DNA of 64,000 nucleotides, taken from contig CATNEN010000038.1 in NCBI GenBank assembly GCA_950097015.1, positions 13,888,001 through 13,952,000 on the forward strand. The letters are read 5' to 3'. Source of the stretch: Macrostomum hystrix (taxonomy: Eukaryota > Animalia > Platyhelminthes). Under the pieces are notes generated by a model, which saw only the letters and a list, made by a program, of their open reading frames with translations, had not been told where the DNA came from and searched no databases. The stretch's first letter is position 1, and every line of letters starts with the position of its first letter. The position numbers and the translations under genes are program-made. Below, in pieces: positions 40,001 through 54,800 of the stretch.

Positions 40001-41994
40001 CTTAGCAAACAATAGATTTTATAGAAACTCGAGTATTGATTCAATCGATTTTATCGATCTATCGATTTTATCGATCTATCGATTTTATCGATCTATCGAT
40101 TTTATCGATCTATCGATTTTATCGATCTATCGATTTTATCGATCTATCGATTTTATCGATCTATCGATTTTATCGATCTATCGATTTTATCGATCTATCG
40201 ATTTTATCGATCTATCGATTTTATCGATCTATCGATTTTATCGATCTATCGATTTTATCGATCTATCGATTTTATCGATCTATCGATTTTATCGATCTAT
40301 CGATTCATTAATTGTTAAGTTTTATTGAATTATCAAGTCTATAGATATTTTGCGCAAATTTCGATCAGAAAATCCAATTATCGACTCTATCGATTTATCA
40401 ACTTTTTAAGCATTTTGAGGATCAGATAATCCATTAGGTGACCCATTTATCGATTGTTTGACCCACGCATGTGACGCCGCATCTGCAGGACCCACCGGAC
40501 CGCGTGGTGCCCGCCCTGGACACCGTGGTGCCCCTGGAGACCACCACCGCCTACGACATGCTGGATGTGATTCGCGGCATTGTAGACGAGGAAGAATTCT
40601 TCGAGATCATGCCAAAGCACGCCAAGAACCTTGTGATTGGCTTCGGTCGCATGCACGGCCAGACAGTTGGTTTCCTTGGCAACCAGCCCAAGGTGGCCGC
40701 TGGCTGTTTGGACATCAACGCTTCAATCAAGGGCGCCAGGTTTGTTCGCTTCTGCGACGCATTCAACATTCCGCTGGTGACCCTTGTTGACGTGCCCGGC
40801 TTCCTGCCCGGCACTCAGCAGGAGTTCAACGGCATCATCAAGCACGGAGCCAAGCTCATCTACGCCTACGCTGAGGCCACCGTGCCAAAGATCACCGTCA
40901 TTACGCGCAAGGCCTACGGTGGAGCCTACTGTGTTATGAGCTCCAAGTGAGTGCGCGACTGCTCAAGCAGCGATTGGTTTGCATTGGCCTTTCTGCTCAT
41001 CAGCTTCCTTTATCCCTACCTTCCTTCCCTCCCCCACGTTTCCTTCTCCTTACCTACCTTCTCCACCACCTTCCCTTTCCCCTCCTCCCTTCCTTCTCCC
41101 ACACCTTCCCTTTCTCCTCCTCCCTTCCTTCTTCCCCACCTTCCCTTTCCCCTCCTCCCTTCCTTCTCCCCCACCTTCCCTTTCCCTCCTCCCTTCCTTT
41201 TTCCCCACCTTCCCTTTCTCCTCCTCCCTTCCTTCTTCCCCACCTTCCCTTTCCCCTCCTCCCTTCCTTCTCCCCCACCTTCCCTTTCCCCTCCTCCCTT
41301 CCTTCTCCCCCACCTTCCCTTTCCCTCCTCCCTTCCTTCTCCCCCACCTTCCCTTTCCCTCCTCCCTTCCTTCTCCCCCACCTTCCCCTTCCCTCCTCCC
41401 TTCCTTCTTCCCCACCTTCCCTTTCTCCTCCTCCCTTCCTTCTTCCGCACCTTCCCTTTCCCTCCTCCCTTCCTTCTTCCCCAAATTCCCTTTCCCTTCC
41501 CTTTTCCCCACCTTCCTTCTTACCCACCTTCCTTCTTACCCACCTTCCTTCTTCCCCTCCTTCCTTCTTCCCCACCTTCCTTATTCCCCAACTTCCCTTC
41601 TCTCCAACCTCCCTTCTCCCCAACTTCCATTCTTCCTTACCTTCCCTCTTCCCCCTTCTTATTTGAGAGTGGTGTCAGCCCCACCAAGCAACCAACCCCT
41701 CTCCCTGAAAGGCACCTGCGCGGTGACGTCAACTACGCCTGGCCAAGCGCCGAGATTGCCGTGATGGGCGCCCAAGGCGCCGTCAAGATCATCTTCCGCG
41801 GCAAGGACCAGGCCAAGGCCGAGGCCGACTACATCGACAAGTTCGCCAATCCCTTCCCGGCCGCTGTGCGCGGCTACGTCGACGACATCGTGAAGCCGCG
41901 CTTCACCCGGCAGCTGATCTGCCGGGACCTGGAGCTGCTGCGCACCAAGTCTCTGACCAACCCGTGGCGCAAGCACGGCAACATGCCGCTGTGA
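37093..41994 (+). CDS. PCCB: Propionyl-CoA carboxylase beta chain, mitochondrial (538 aa). Exons 37093-37521, 38159-38435, 39020-39189, 40489-40946, 41712-41994
   Basis: [68 protein letters not shown]; Arg/Ser-rich transit peptide; exons total 1617 nt. Confidence 0.97.
37660..37905. repeat. 27-bp minisatellite, PCCB intron 1
   Basis: cgtcatcttctgaaatcaagtccatga units. Confidence 0.85.
38470..38945. repeat. 23-bp degenerate minisatellite, PCCB intron 2
   Basis: tttccagctagattaagccatca units. Confidence 0.85.
39235..39530. repeat. ~20-bp minisatellite, PCCB intron 3
   Basis: atgactcattcttagattcc units. Confidence 0.85.
40045..40305. repeat. Perfect 17-bp minisatellite
   Basis: atcgattttatcgatct, about 15 copies. 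Confidence 0.95.
41005..41660. repeat. Polypyrimidine low-complexity repeat, PCCB intron 4
   Basis: cccaccttccctttccctcctcccttccttct-type units, almost no G. Confidence 0.92.
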
Positions 41995-42734
41995 GTGCGC
42001 CCGGCACCCGGTATTCAATTCGATTCGATAATCTCTCTTGAGTTTGACTCCAGACTGACTCTCCCCAAACGCAGTGGCCCCGTTTTATTAACTATATAGT
42101 TAGTCTTGTGTGCAACTTTCTGTTGTCTCTGTCATAGGCATAGATTGCTAGGCAATGCCCCTGTATTGTGTAGAATGTTCCGCATGGTCTTTTTGTTTAC
42201 AAATGAAACGCTACTCATCGATCTCTTAATTTTTTAATCAAGAATGACAAAAAGGGTCGATCAGCAGCTCACTCAGTAGTATATATCAGTTAGTTTTCTT
42301 AGACAGCTTCATAATTTGCGTTGACTCAACTCGGTCTGTCGTTTTTTTAGTTTTAAAAAAAAATGAAAATTTATTCATACTCTTGCCGTAAGTTGCTTGA
42401 CTGGTTTTTTAGTTGTCGTGATGATGTCAGAAAATACTCCACCAACACCCACCTTAGACTCAATAGCCAGAAGTAGACACAGAAATGATGCAAAACATTG
42501 TTCATCAAGTTTTTTGACCCACCGCCTGCTGTCTGCTTTCGATGTTTGGTACAAACAAATATAAATTAGGTGTGAAGCTTTTCATCGATTTTTTCCAGAA
42601 TTTTCTAAATTAGAATTTTTGCTGTTGTTTTTAAGACTGTCACTACAGAAATAGCCTGCATTAATTAAATTCTATACTGCGACCTGCTTTGCTCTCTTAT
42701 TTCTTCTTAATTTGTGCGTCACCTGCTCAGAACA

Positions 42735-43925
42735 TTGTCTTGCAGTTGTGTAAAGGCATCTAAACTGTCTTGCAGTTGTGTCACAGGCATCTAAGCTGTC
42801 TTGCAGTTGTGTCACAGGCATCTAAGCTGTCTTGCAGTTGTGTCACAGACATCTAAGCTGTTTTGCAGTTGTGTCACAGGCATCTAAGCTGTTTTGCAGT
42901 TGTGTCACAGGCATCTAAACTGTCTTGCAGTTGTGTCACAGGCATCTAAACTGTCTTGCAGTTGTGTCACAGGCATCTAAACTGTCTTGCAGTTGTGTCA
43001 CAGGCATCTAAGCTGTCTTGCAGTTGTGTCACAGGCATCTAAGCTGTTTTGCAGTTGTGTCACAGGCATCTAAGCTGTTTTGCAGTTGTGTCACAGGCAT
43101 CTAAACTGTCTTGCAGTTGTGTCACAGGCATCTAAGCTGTTTTGCAGTTGTGTCACAGGCATCTAAGCTGTTTTGCAGTTGTGTCACAGGCATCTAAACT
43201 GTCTTGCAGTTGTGTCACAGGCATCTAAACTGTCTTGCAGTTGTGTCACAGGCATCTAAACTGTCTTGCAGTTGTGTCACAGGCATCTAAACTGTCTTTG
43301 CGTTGTGTCACAGGCATCTAAACTGTCTTGCAGTTGTGTCACAGGCATCTAAACTGTCTTGCAGTTGTGTCACAGGCATCTAAGCTGTCTTGCAGTTGTG
43401 TCACAGGCATCTAAACTGTCTTGCCGTTGTGTCACAGGCATCTAAACTGTCTTGCAGTTGTGTCACAGGCATCTAAGCTGTCTTGCAGTTGTGTCACAGG
43501 CATCTAAGCTGTCTTGCAGTTGTGTCACAGGCATCTAAGCTGTTTTGCAGTTGTGTCACAGGCATCTAAGCTGTTTTGCAGTTGTGTCACAGGCATCTAA
43601 ACTGTCTTGCAGTTGTGTCACAGGCATCTAAGCTGTTTTGCAGTTGTGTCACAGGCATCTAAGCTGTTTTGCAGTTGTGTCACAGGCATCTAAACTGTCT
43701 TGCAGTTGTGTCACAGGCATCTAAACTGTCTTGCAGTTGTGTCACAGGCATCTAAACTGTCTTGCAGTTGTGTCACAGGCATCTAAGCTGTTTTGCAGTT
43801 GTGTCACAGGCATCTAAACTATCTTGCAGTTGTGTCACAGGCATCTAAACTGTCTTGCAGTTGTGTCACAGGCATCTAAGCTGTTTTGCAGTTGTGTCAC
43901 AGGCATCTAAACTGTCTTGCAGTTT
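42735..43925. repeat. 31-bp minisatellite between PCCB and the TIR gene
   Basis: gtcttgcagttgtgtcacaggcatctaaact units. Confidence 0.95.
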
Positions 43926-44109
43926 CGTCCGCGAGACCGGCCTGCCCAAGTTACTAATATTACATTTGGTAAACCCGAGAACAGCCAGCCGACGAAATGC
44001 ATGCACTCCCAGCTGATAAAAATACTACTCTACTTTTAGTAGAGTACTTTAAAACCTCCAAAAACGAATACTTAAAAATAAACGTGTCAAGGACACTGTC
44101 ATGGCGTAA

Positions 44110-44345
44110 TAAACAATTGCATGCAGAAATCGGGCCAGATGTGCAGCCGACAGCACAGCCGCAGCTATTGCGCGGCGCATCTGAAGGCTGCGTACAGCTG
44201 TTCAGTCCATGGACTGGGGGGACGCCACACCCACCTTCAATTATCCCAGCTGATGCTGGTACCCATTTTACAGCTGGGTGAACTGAAGCAATGCAGAGTT
44301 AAGTGTCTTGCTAAAGGACACAAATTGTTTCAGTGGAGTCGGGAG
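44110..44345 (-). mobile_element. SINE fragment with a conserved central domain
   Basis: Reverse complement contains tgtgtcctttagcaagacacttaac...cacccagctgtaaaatgggtaccagc, a motif typical of tRNA-derived conserved-domain SINEs; head missing; boundaries approximate. Confidence 0.6.
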
Positions 44346-45804
44346 TAATTATTAATTATGCAGAAATGAATATACTATAGGTGATTGATGGTGAACTTGT
44401 GATTTTTGACAAGTTTCTGCTGTTATTTCTTTTTTAAGGCTTTAGTCTGTTTAAACAATTAAATATGAAAATCGTGAATTTTTTGTATCTCGCTAGTGTA
44501 TTTTTAGGCGAAAATCGGTCGTCAAAAAAATTCCACTACACACTGTTACGTTAATGCAGCTAACTATTATTAGTAGTCCTTGAAAAAATCTCGAGCAGTG
44601 AAAGCCTACGATAAAAACTGGCTAACTTTAGCACTACTATCAAACTATAACTATACTGCTCAAAGTGCAGACTCGACCCAGTCTCAAATGGCTAAAAATC
44701 CTTGCATTTCAATGAAGCGTTAATAAAAAATTAACGAGGTTTGGAAGCCAAGAACGCCTCGATATTCAATACCGTATATACGATCAAATATATTTTAATG
44801 TATAATTCGAGATTACAACATATATCGTGAGCAATATTTAGCGTACCATCCTTCTGCTCGTATTTATTTATCAATAAAGCAGTTGTTAAATAGCAATGAT
44901 GTTTCATACAGTTGACGCTAAAAAATAATCGGTTTTAATTTATTAAATCTTTAACATAAAACAAAACAATTTGCATATTATTGTATTTTAAAGTAAAAGA
45001 GGCACGAGAAAATCAATCTTGTGCAGCATATTATAGCGAAACGTTCTTGTCAAACACAATTTTGTCTTGAGATATTGTTATGATAATTCGCTCTAATTTA
45101 GTTTTCGCATGCGTGTGTCTTTTTGTACGTCTACGTAATCATTGTATTGTACATCTTTGAATAGAGATGATCTATTTAAATTCTATGCATGCCAGACTAT
45201 ATTACTGTTATTCTCAACTTTTTTCTTTCGAGATAGTTGTTTATTTTAGTCCCATAGTATAAAACTATGTAACATAATAACTTTGTAACATATGCTTTAT
45301 TCTCGATATTATATCACAATTTCGACTTATCAACTGTCTTTATTTCTAAGCTACACAAACCCTACACTAACTTTTTTATGTGTGGTTAGAGAATAGGATT
45401 TGTCTTCATTAAAACAAAACATTATCATAAATTCATGCCGGCCTATAGTTATATTTTTGTATATTTACTTTTGTCGAACTGAATTCTAAATCTGACTGGC
45501 TTTTCATTCAATTATGATATGAAATTTGGATTCATTTGATGTGTTTTGATATTTTAAATGAAAGATTTTTTAATTATATGTACAAATATGTGAGTACAAT
45601 TTTTTTGAGAAAGATAACTTAACATATATTTATGCAGTTCAAAATGTCGATTTTTTAGGTCCATTTATCTTATTTTGCTTATTGTGGTTTTGAAAGCACT
45701 TTTAAAGTAGTAACTATTTTACTTAGTGTCTTGATAACAATACCGCACATTTAAGAAAATGATTTGTTCTGTTACAGAAGAGGATTTGAAGTTGCTGGCT
45801 CAAA

Positions 45805-48800
45805 ATGGATGCAGCTCAGACATCAGAGACAGAGTCCACTCAGTCATCCATTATTGAAGCGGCCTTATCAGACTTTCATCCAATTCTGCAAGATTTGAAG
45901 CAGTCACTGGAGACATCGTTTGAAAATAGTCGCGAGTTTCGAAACACTCTGCTATGCCTTCAGCGAGCCGTTCAATGCAAGCAGCACAAGCCACGCTCAT
46001 CAGAAGCAACCCTGGCCAACATCAGGCAACAGATGGCTACTGCTATTGCTGGCGAGAACATTCTGTCCGACCTGTGCATTCTGGCTCGAAAAAGTCTCTT
46101 TCAAGGTGACGCGCACTTATGCAGTAATACTATATTATTGTATATTAATATTAGTAGTGTGCACCTGGGGCTGAGTGGCAGAGCGGTCTAACGCGTTTGC
46201 CTCTTGCACCAAGGTCCATGAGCTCGATTCCGCAGTGAGGCCACATTCATTTGTGGCGCAGCCGCGGAGAGAAGGCTTTGGGGCTTGTCGTGCAATTGAC
46301 GCATGCAGTTGACGCCCTGCGTCAATTTAATTTAAAATTATTGAAAATATTTTTACTCGACTGCCGGGCGGAACAAACAGGAGCGAGAGAGGCAGGGCAG
46401 CCAGATAATCGGCTCAGGGAGGGGGGCAGAGGGGCGAACGCGGAGGGGGGGCGCAGCGCACGCACAAAGGGGGGGCAGAAAGGACGAGACGCGGGGGTGG
46501 CCAGCCGGTCATTAACCCACGTAAGCGTTAGACAAAGTGCACGCTTATGGACCATAAAATGCTTATATTCGTAGAGAAAATAGCATAAAGGTCAACTTTT
46601 CAGGAGTGAAGCTTTGTAAAATTTGTTGAAGCAAAACATGCTGTGTAAGGTTTTACAAAATAAGATAGCCTTCCAAATAAAATGATCACAATTTAAATCA
46701 GTAGAAAGTGAAAGTTTCTTATCTCCGTACCGAGCGTATTTTTCGGCGAAACCAGTGTCGTAAACGTTTTTCTAAGAAACGTAGTCTCCTGACCTTCACT
46801 CCTACCAAATATTAAACGTCTAGCTTAAGTACACGAAAAAAATCCAATTAGTAAAAAAGATAACAAGCAAACTTTTCCAATGCTTTAACCCAGGGGTCGG
46901 CAAATTTATTAGCTAGCGGGCCAAAAAGAGAACCTAAAAGACGACAGAGGGCCGCATTTACTATAAAAACGTGAGACAGGGGAGATGAGACACGGGAGAT
47001 GAGACACGGGAGAGATGAGACACGGGAGAGATGAGACACGGGAGAGATGAGACACGGGAGAGATGAGACACGGGAGAGATCAGACACAGAAGAGATGAGA
47101 CACGGGAGAGATCAGACACAGAAGAGATGAGACACGGGAGAGATCAGACACAGAAGAGATGAGACACGGGAGAGATGAGACACGGGAGAGATCAGACACA
47201 GAAGAGATGAGACACGGGAGAGATGAGACACGGGAGAGATGAGACACGGGAGAGATGAGACACGGGAGAGATGAGACACGGGAGAGATGAGACACGGGAG
47301 AGATGAGACACGGGAGAGATCAGACACAGAAGAGATGAGACACGGGAGAGATCAGACACAGAAGAGATGAGACACGGGAGAGATGAGACACGGGAGAGAT
47401 CAGACACAGAGGAGATGAGACACGGGAGAGATGAGACACGGGAGAGATGAGACACGGGAGAGATGAGACACGGGAGAGATGAGACACGGGAGAGATGAGA
47501 CACGGGAGAGATGAGACACGGGAGAGATGAGACACGGGAGAGATGAGATGAGGATACTATAGGTGTCGGAAAAAGCAACTGGCCGGATTTGGGAGCTTCG
47601 AGGGCAGCATCTGGCCCGCGGGCCGGAGTTTGCCGATCCCTATTGATTTGCAAATGAGTCGCTAAAAGAAAAGCACTTAATCGGCCCGGCAGACATGCAG
47701 CAAAACAGCAGCAGACCTGAGGGAGAACTCCGTCTGCTGGAGCTAGTTCTCGCCATCTGCCACTCCTGCACCGACGCCAGCTGGGAGTTCTCCTCTCACC
47801 TGGTGGGCACTGCCAATGCGGTTCGACTTATCCAGGACTTGCTAGCAGTGTGGACACAGAAGCACATCGAAAATAAGCTGGACGATGATGCGGGAAAGTG
47901 CCTAGAGCGTGGACTGGCTATAATCTACAATGTTCTATGGCAAGATTCTGTTAATCTAGGCAACGCCCTGTTCGCAATGAGACAATTTGGCATAGCTCAA
48001 CTAACTAGCAGGCTGCTGCAGGCCTCACCAGACAGGAGGTGTCGGCTATTTGCCTTCCTAATTCTAGTTTACCTATGCTCGGATGAGGAATCCGCTGAAA
48101 TGTTGTATCCGGGTGATTCTGTTCGGCATCAGGATCAGATCCGGCTGCAAATGAGCGAGCTGCTGAAAGCTGTTGCTAAAGCTGACGGCAGCAGAAATAG
48201 AAGAACTGATGATGGCTTTCACATCGTCGAGGTGCTCCAATGTGAGTCGGGCCTTAAGATGCTTCTGGATTGTCTACTTGACAGCTAATGGGCTGATCCA
48301 CCTACTGATTGAGTAGATAATCCCATCTGATCCACCTACTGATTGAGTAGATAATCCCTTCTGATCCACCTACTGATTGAGTAGATAATCCCTTCTGATC
48401 CACCTACTGATAAAGTAGATAATCCCTTCTGATCCACCTGCTGATTGAGTAGATAATCCCTTCTGATCCACCTACTGATAAAGTAGATAATCCCTTCTGA
48501 TCCACCTACTGATAAAGTAGATAATCCCTTCTGATCCACCAACTGATAAAGTAGATAATCCCATCTGATCCACCTACTGATTGAGTAGATAATCCCTTCT
48601 GATCCACCTACTGATTGAGTAGATAATCCCTTCTGATCCACCTACTGATAAAGTAGATAATCCCTTCTGATCCACCTGCTGATTGAGTAGATAATCCCTT
48701 CTGATCCACCTACTGATAAAGTAGATAATCCCATCTGATCCACCTACTGATAAAGTAGGTAATCCCATCTGATCCACCAACTGATAAAGTAGGTAATCCC

Positions 48801-51800
48801 ATCTGATCCACCTACTGATAAAGTAGATAATCCAATCTGATCCACCAACTGATAAAGTAGATAATCCAATCTGATCCACCTACTGATAAAGTAGATAATC
48901 CCATCTGATCCACCAACTGATAAAGTAGATAATCCCTTCTGATCCACCAACTGATAAAGTAGATAATCCCATCTGATCCACCAACTGATAAAGTAGATAA
49001 TCCCATCTGATCCACCAACTGATAAAGTAGATAATCCCATCTGATCCACCTACTGATAAAGTAGATAATCCCATCTGATCCACCTACTGATAAAGTAGAT
49101 AATCCCATCTGATCCAACAACTGATAAAGTAGATAATCCCATCTGATCCACCAACTGATAAAGTAGATAATCCCATCTGATCCACCAACTGATAAAGTAG
49201 ATAATCCCTTCTGATCCACCAACTGATAAAGTAGATAATCCCATCTGATCCAACAACTGATAAAGTAGATAATCCCATCTGATCCACCAACTGATAAAGT
49301 AGATAATCCCATCTGATCCACCAACTGATAAAGTAGATAATCCCATCTGATCCACCACCTGATAAAGTAGATAATCCCATCTGATCCACCAACTGATAAA
49401 GTAGATAATCCCATCTGATCCACCAACTGATAAAGTAGATAATCCCATCTGATCCACCTACTGATAAAGTAGATAATCCCATCTGATCCACCAACTGATA
49501 AAGTAGATAATCCCATCTGATCCACCAACTGATAAAGTAGATAATCCCATCTGATCCACCAACTGATAAAGTAGATAATCCCATCTGATCCACCAACTGA
49601 TAAAGTAGATAATCCCTTCTGATCCAACAACTGATAAAGTAGATAATCCCATCTGATCCACCTACTGATAAAGTAGATAATCCCTTCTGATCCACCAACT
49701 GATAAAGTAGATAATCCCATCTGATCCACCAACTGATAAAGTAGATAATCCCATCTGATCCACCACCTGATAAAGTAGATAATCCCATCTGATACACCTA
49801 CTGATAAAGTAGATAATCCCATCTGATACACCAACTGATAAAGTAGATAATCCCATCTGATCCAACTACTGATAAAGTAGATAATCCCATCTGATCCACC
49901 AACTGATAAAGTAGATAATCCCATCTGATCCACCACCTGATAAAGTAGATAATCCCATCTGATACACCTACTGATAAAGTAGATAATCCCATCTGATACA
50001 CCAACTGATAAAGTAGATAATCCCATCTGATCCAACTACTGATAAAGTAGATAATCCCATCTGATCCAACTACTGATAAAGTAGATAATCCCATCTGATC
50101 CACCAACTGATAAAGTAGATAATCCCATCTGATCCACCTACTGATAAAGTATATAATCCCATCTGATCCAGCAACTGATAAAGTAGATAATCCCATCTGA
50201 TCCACCAACTGATAAAGTAGATAATCCCATCTGATCCACCACCTGATAAAGTAGATAATCCCATCTGATCCACCACCTGATAAAGTAGATAATCCCATCT
50301 GATACACCTACTGATAAAGTAGATAATCCCATCTGATCCACCACCTGATAAAGTAGATAATCCCTTCTGATCCACCACCTGATAAAGTAGATAATCCCTT
50401 CTGATCCACCAACTGATAAAGTAGATAATCCCATCTGATACACCTACTGATAAAGTAGATAATCCCATCTGATCCACCACCTGATAAAGTAGATAATCCC
50501 ATCTGATACACCTACTGATAAAGTAGATAATCCCTTCTGATCCACCTACTGATAAAGTAGATAATCCCATCTGATCCACCAACTGATAAAGTAGATAATC
50601 CCATCTGATCCACCAACTGATAAAGTAGATAATCCCTTCTGATCCACCACCTGATAAAGTAGATAATCCCTTCTGATCCACCACCTGATAAAGTAGATAA
50701 TCCCATCTGATCCACCACCTGATAAAGTAGATAATCCCATCTGATCCACCACCTGATAAAGTAGATAATCCCATCTGATCCACCAACTGATAAAGTAGAT
50801 AATCCCATCTGATCCACCTACTGATAAAGTAGATAATCCCATCTGATCCACCAACTGATAAAGTAGATAATCCCTTCTGATCCACCACCTGATAAAGTAG
50901 ATAATCCCATCTGATCCACCACCTGATAAAGTAGATAATCCCATCTGATCCACCACCTGATAAAGTAGATAATCCCATCTGATCCACCACCTGATAAAGT
51001 AGATAATCCCATCTGATCCACCAACTGATAAAGTAGATAATCCCATCTGATCCACCACCTGATAAAGTAGATAATCCCTTCTGATCCACCAACTGATAAA
51101 GTAGATAATCCCTTCTGATCCACCACCTGATAAAGTAGATAATCCCTTCTGATCCACCACCTGATAAAGTAGATAATCCCATCTGATCCACCACCTGATA
51201 AAGTAGATAATCCCATCTGATCCACCACCTGATAAAGTAGATAATCCCATCTGATCCACCAACTGATAAAGTAGATAATCCCATCTGATCCACCACCTGA
51301 TAAAGTAGATAATCCCTTCTGATCCACCACCTGATAAAGTAGATAATCCCTTCTGATCCACCAACTGATAAAGTAGATAATCCCATCTGATCCACCAACT
51401 GATAAAGTAGATAATCCCATCTGATCCACCACCTGATAAAGTAGATAATCCCTTCTGATCCACCAACTGATAAAGTAGATAATCCCATCTGATCCACCAC
51501 CTGATAAAGTAGATAATCCCTTCTGATCCACCACCTGATAAAGTAGATAATCCCTTCTGATCCACCACCTGATAAAGTAGATAATCCCATCTGATCCACC
51601 AACTGATAAAGTAGATAATCCCATCTGATCCACCTACTGATAAAGTAGATAATCCCATCTGATCCACCTACTGATAAAGTAGATAATCCCATCTGATCCA
51701 CCTACTGATAAAGTAGATAATCCCATCTGATCCACCTACTGATAAAGTAGATAATCCCATCTGATCCACCTACTGATAAAGTAGATAATCCCATCTGATC

Positions 51801-54800
51801 CACCAACTAATAAAGTAGATAATCCCATCTGATCCACCTACTGATAAAGTAGATAATCCCATCTGATCCAGCAACTGATAAAGTAGATAATCCCATCTGA
51901 TCCACCAACTGATAAAGTAGATAATCCCATCTGATCCACCAACTGATAAAGTAGATAATCCCATCTGATCCACCAACTGATAAAGTAGATAATCCCATCT
52001 GATCCACCACCTGATAAAGTAGATAATCCCATCTGATCCACCACCTGATAAAGTAGATAATCCCATCTGATCCACCTACTGATAAAGTAGATAATCCCAT
52101 CTGATCCACCAACTGATAAAGTAGATAATCCCATCTGATCCACCTACTGATAAAGTAGATAATCCCATCTGATCCACCAACTGATAAAGTAGATAATCCC
52201 ATCTGATCCACCTACTGATAAAGTAGATAATCCCATCTGATCCACCAACTGATAAAGTAGATAATCCCATCTGATCCACCAACTGATAAAGTAGATAATC
52301 CCATCTGATCCACCTACTGATAAAGTAGATAATCCCATCTGATCCAGCAACTGATAAAGTAGATAATCCCATCTGATCCACCAACTGATAAAGTAGATAA
52401 TCCCATCTGATCCACCAACTAATAAAGTAGATAATCCCATCTGATCCACCAACTAATAAAGTAGATAATCCCTTCTGATCCACCTACTGATAAAGTAGAT
52501 AATCCCATCTGATCCAACAACTGATAAAGTAGATAATCCCATCTGATCCACCAACTGATAAAGTAGATAATCCCATCTGATCCACCAACTGATAAAGTAG
52601 ATAATCCCATCTGATCCACCAACTGATAAAGTAGATAATCCCATCTGATCCACCAACTGATAAAGTAGATAATCCCATCTGATCCACCTACTGATAAAGT
52701 AGATAATCCCATCTGATCCACCAACTGATAAAGTAGATAATCCCATCTGATCCACCAACTGATAAAGTAGATAATCCCATCTGATCCACCAACTAATAAA
52801 GTAGATAATCCCTTCTGATCCACCTACTGATAAAGTAGATAATCCCATCTGATCCAACAACTGATAAAGTAGATAATCCCATCTGATCCACCAACTGATA
52901 AAGTAGATAATCCCATCTGATCCACCACCTGATAAAGTAGATAATCCCATCTGATCCACCACCTGATAAAGTAGATAATCCCATCTGATCCACCTACTGA
53001 TAAAGTAGATAATCCCATCTGATCCACCAACTGATAAAGTAGATAATCCCATCTGATCCACCTACTGATAAAGTAGATAATCCCATCTGATCCACCAACT
53101 GATAAAGTAGATAATCCCATCTGATCCACCTACTGATAAAGTAGATAATCCCATCTGATCCACCAACTGATAAAGTAGATAATCCCATCTGATCCACCAA
53201 CTGATAAAGTAGATAATCCCATCTGATCCACCAACTGATAAAGTAGATAATCCCATCTGATCCACCACCTGATAAAGTAGATAATCCCATCTGATCCACC
53301 ACCTGATAAAGTAGATAATCCCATCTGATCCACCACCTGATAAAGTAGATAATCCCATCTGATCCACCAACTGATAAAGTAGATAATCCCATCTGATCCA
53401 CCACCTGATAAAGTAGATAATCCCTTCTGATCCACCAACTGATAAAGTAGATAATCCCTTCTGATCCACCACCTGATAAAGTAGATAATCCCTTCTGATC
53501 CACCACCTGATAAAGTAGATAATCCCATCTGATCCACCACCTGATAAAGTAGATAATCCCATCTGATCCACCACCTGATAAAGTAGATAATCCCATCTGA
53601 TCCACCAACTGATAAAGTAGATAATCCCATCTGATCCACCACCTGATAAAGTAGATAATCCCTTCTGATCCACCACCTGATAAAGTAGATAATCCCTTCT
53701 GATCCACCAACTGATAAAGTAGATAATCCCATCTGATCCACCAACTGATAAAGTAGATAATCCCATCTGATCCACCACCTGATAAAGTAGATAATCCCTT
53801 CTGATCCACCAACTGATAAAGTAGATAATCCCATCTGATCCACCACCTGATAAAGTAGATAATCCCTTCTGATCCACCACCTGATAAAGTAGATAATCCC
53901 TTCTGATCCACCACCTGATAAAGTAGATAATCCCATCTGATCCACCAACTGATAAAGTAGATAATCCCATCTGATCCACCTACTGATAAAGTAGATAATC
54001 CCATCTGATCCACCTACTGATAAAGTAGATAATCCCATCTGATCCACCTACTGATAAAGTAGATAATCCCATCTGATCCACCTACTGATAAAGTAGATAA
54101 TCCCATCTGATCCACCTACTGATAAAGTAGATAATCCCATCTGATCCACCAACTAATAAAGTAGATAATCCCATCTGATCCACCTACTGATAAAGTAGAT
54201 AATCCCATCTGATCCAGCAACTGATAAAGTAGATAATCCCATCTGATCCACCAACTGATAAAGTAGATAATCCCATCTGATCCACCAACTGATAAAGTAG
54301 ATAATCCCATCTGATCCACCAACTGATAAAGTAGATAATCCCATCTGATCCACCACCTGATAAAGTAGATAATCCCATCTGATCCACCACCTGATAAAGT
54401 AGATAATCCCATCTGATCCACCTACTGATAAAGTAGATAATCCCATCTGATCCACCAACTGATAAAGTAGATAATCCCATCTGATCCACCTACTGATAAA
54501 GTAGATAATCCCATCTGATCCACCAACTGATAAAGTAGATAATCCCATCTGATCCACCTACTGATAAAGTAGATAATCCCATCTGATCCACCAACTGATA
54601 AAGTAGATAATCCCATCTGATCCACCAACTGATAAAGTAGATAATCCCATCTGATCCACCTACTGATAAAGTAGATAATCCCATCTGATCCAGCAACTGA
54701 TAAAGTAGATAATCCCATCTGATCCACCAACTGATAAAGTAGATAATCCCATCTGATCCACCAACTGATAAAGTAGATAATCCCATCTGATCCACCAACT

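Noticed and set aside
40947-41711. Pro/Phe/Ser-rich ORFs, one in frame with the last PCCB exon
   Set aside because: Pyrimidine tracts lack stop codons, and PCCB homology is complete when this region is spliced out.
46167-46245. tRNA gene
   Set aside because: A- and B-box-like motifs are present, but no convincing cloverleaf stems; treated as a SINE head.
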